From the NCBI GenBank assembly GCA_052327205.1, contig CM126224.1, positions 29,078,001 to 29,142,000 on the forward strand: a stretch of DNA of 64,000 nucleotides, written 5' to 3'. The stretch's first letter is position 1. Every line of letters begins with the position of its first letter. The notes under the pieces are model-generated. The model had not been told where the DNA came from. It ran no database searches and saw only the letters and a program-made list of their open reading frames with translations. Source of the DNA: Somniosus microcephalus. Taxonomy: Eukaryota. Positions 61,385 through 64,000 of the stretch are shown here, piece after piece. The position numbers and the translations under genes are program-made.

Positions 61385-62271
61385 AATCATTTTGGGATGT
61401 GGGCATCGCTGGCAAGGCCAGCAATTATTGCCCATCCCTAATTGCCCTTGAGAAGGTGGTTGCGAGCTGCCTTATTGAACCGCTGCAGTCCGTGTGGTGA
61501 AGGTACTCCCACAGTGCTCTTGGGGAGGGAGTTCCAGGATTTTGACCCAGCGGCGATGAAGGAACGGCAATATATTTCCAAGTCAGGATGACGTGTAACA
61601 TGGAGCGGAACTTAGAGGTGGTGGTGTTCTCATGCGCCTGCTGCCCTTGTCCTTCTAGGTGGCAGAGGTTGCAGGTTTGGGAGGTGCTGTCGATGAAGCC
61701 TTGGCGAGTTGCTGCAGTGCATCTTGTAGAGTGTACACACTGCAGCCACGGTACGCTGGTGGTAGAGGGAGTGAGTGTTTAAGGTGGTGGATGAGGTGCC
61801 AATCAAGCAGGCTGCTTTGTCCTGGATGGTGTCGAGCTTCTTGAGTGTTTTTGGAGCTGCACTCACCCAGGCAAGTGGAGAGTATTCCATCATATTCCTG
61901 ACTTGTGGGGAGGCAGGAGGTGAGACACCCGCTGCAGAACACCCAGCCACTGACCCGCTCCTGTTCCACAGTATTTATGTGGTTGGTCTAGTTAAGTTTC
62001 TGATCAATGGTGACCTCCAGGATGTTGATGGTGGGGGATGGTAATGCCATTGAATTTCAAGGAGAGGTGGTTAGTCTCTCTCTTGTTGGAGATGGCCATT
62101 GCCTGGCCCTTGTGTGGCGCGAATGTTACTTGCCACTTATCAGCCCAAGCCTGAATGTAATTCAGGTCTTGTTGCATGTGGGCATAGACTGCTTCATTTT
62201 CTGAGGAGTTGCGAATGGAATTGAACATCAGCGAACATCCCCACTTCTGACCTTATGATGGAGGGAAGGTC
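61385..62271 (-). mobile_element. HER1-like LINE 3' fragment (internally deleted)
   Basis: RT C-terminal peptides QQDLNYIQAWADKWQVTFAPHK and MEYSPLAWVSAAPKTLKKLDTIQDKAACLI; 3' end matches the SINE tail at 54080-54204. Confidence 0.78.
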
Positions 62272-62640
62272 ATAGTATTAGGTTCTATTGTAGAACTAAT
62301 CACAAAAAATAATTGGTATTTGGAGGATTAACAATTGTCCTGCAGTTCCAGATCCAGGAAAATGCTGCCCAGATTGCAATGTTACTACAACTGTGCAGAT
62401 AGGTGTGGGATGCAGTATATGTGTTCACTCAAGAATGTTATACAATGATGAATTGAAAGGTGCGGCCATGTGACGAAAGAGAGAAAAAACACACATCAGT
62501 TTAAGCTAGGCACAACTGTCTGTTCAGTGTGGTGCTAATCCCAAGTTACATTGCTAAGCAGCCATGTATGTCCAAGCACAGATAAAGTGACCATACAGTA
62601 AGCGCTGCGTGCAGCATCCTGCCTCCTCTCCATATCCTAA

Positions 62641-63615
62641 ACATAGAAACATAGAAAAATAGGAGCAGGAGGAGGCCATTTGGCCCTTCGAGCCTGCTCC
62701 GCCATTCAATATGATCATGGCTGATCCTCTATCTCAATACCATATTCCCGCTCTCTCCCCATACCTCTTGATGCCTTTTGTGTCTAGAAATCTATCTCCT
62801 TCTTAAATATATTCAGTGACTTGGCCTCCACAGCCTTCTGTGGTAGCGAATTCCACAGGTTCACCACCCTCTGAGTGAAGAAATGTCTCCTCATCTCAGA
62901 CCTAAATGTCCTACCCCGTATCCTGAGACTGTGACCCCCTCGTTCTAACCCCCCCCAGCCAGGGGAAACATCCTCCCTGCATCCAGTCTGTCTAGCCCTG
63001 TCAGAATTTTATACGTTTCAATGAGATCCCCTCTCATTCTTCTACACTCTAGTGAATACAGGCCTAGTCGACCCAATCTCTCCTCATACGACAGTCCTGC
63101 CATCCCAGGAATCAGTCTGGTGAGCTTTCACTCCCTCTATGGCAAGTATATCCTTTCTTAGGTCAGGAGACCAAAACTGCACACAGTACTCCAGGTGTGG
63201 TCTCACCAAGGCCCTGTACAACTGTATTAAGACATCCTTGCTCCTGTACTCAAATCCTCTTGCAATGAAGGCCAACATACCATTTGCCTTCCTAACTGCT
63301 TGCTGCACCTGCATGTTTGCTTTCACTGACTGGCGTACAAGGACACCCAGGTCCCTCTGTACATCAACATTTCCCAATCTATCACCATTTAAATAATACT
63401 CTGCCTTTCTGTTTTCCCTACCGACGTGGATAACTTCACATTTATCCACGTTATACTGCATATGCCATGTATTTGCCCACTCACTCAACTTGTCCAAATC
63501 GCCTTGAAGCCTCTTTGCATCCTCCTCACAATCCCACCTAGTTTCGTGTCGTCAGCAAACTTGGAAATATTACATTTGGTTCCCTCATCCAAATCATTGA
63601 TATATATTGTGAATA
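62641..63615 (-). mobile_element. CR1 LINE 3' fragment
   Basis: LSEWANTWHMQYNVDKCEVIH...LVRPHLEYCVQFWSP; (catagaaa)n tail. Confidence 0.9.
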
Positions 63616-64000
63616 GAGTTATTATGCAAGATAAAAGATATTATTCCTGTTGAGTTTCAAACTCAGGATCTCCTGCATCTCAGCCTGCCACAGCCCACTG
63701 ACCTACCCAGTGCTTACCGTGTGGATCAAAAGCTGGCTAATTCACTAATGAAGCACTATTCTACCCAAACAGTGCCACTGTTGTGATCCACATTGCATCC
63801 ATAACAGCATTAAAAATACAATTGCTCTCAGTCATCAAAGAGCAGAAAGTTCTCCCAGCATCTTTGACAATATTCATCCCTCGACACATATCAAAAAACA
63901 AACTCACTGGTCATTCGTCTAATTGGCATTTGTGGGATGTTGTGGTGCAGAATGATGACCACATTTGCCTATATAGAAATCACTGTGTGGTGAAAAAAAT

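Overview
Eukaryotic (vertebrate) genomic DNA, most likely a cartilaginous fish: it has HE1/V-SINE-like and Deu-domain SINEs plus abundant CR1, L2, RTE and Penelope remnants. The window holds the 3' part of one Crumbs-family gene on the minus strand. Nine internal coding exons (140, 183, 114, 936, 560, 166, 868, 117 and 127 bp) have GT-AG boundaries and compatible phases and encode EGF repeats and three laminin-G domains; the exon pattern is CRB2-like. The main observation is that this one locus appears to encode terminal modules that mammals split between paralogues. There are two tandem, equal-length, phase-0 terminal exons, one with a CRB2-type tail (4902-5123) and one with a CRB1-type tail (3641-3862), both ending ERLI. 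There is also an intron read-through tail closely resembling the photoreceptor isoform CRB1-B (16580-16699), and an internal signal-peptide exon with CRX/OTX-type motifs resembling the CRB1-B start (48685-48736). The last two are absent from the ORF track. The introns contain nested transposons, a solo-LTR family, MITEs, a Penelope-type hammerhead motif, a U6 fragment and local inverted duplications. Comparisons to human proteins and repeat families are from memory, and repeat boundaries are approximate unless a TSD or TIR is quoted.
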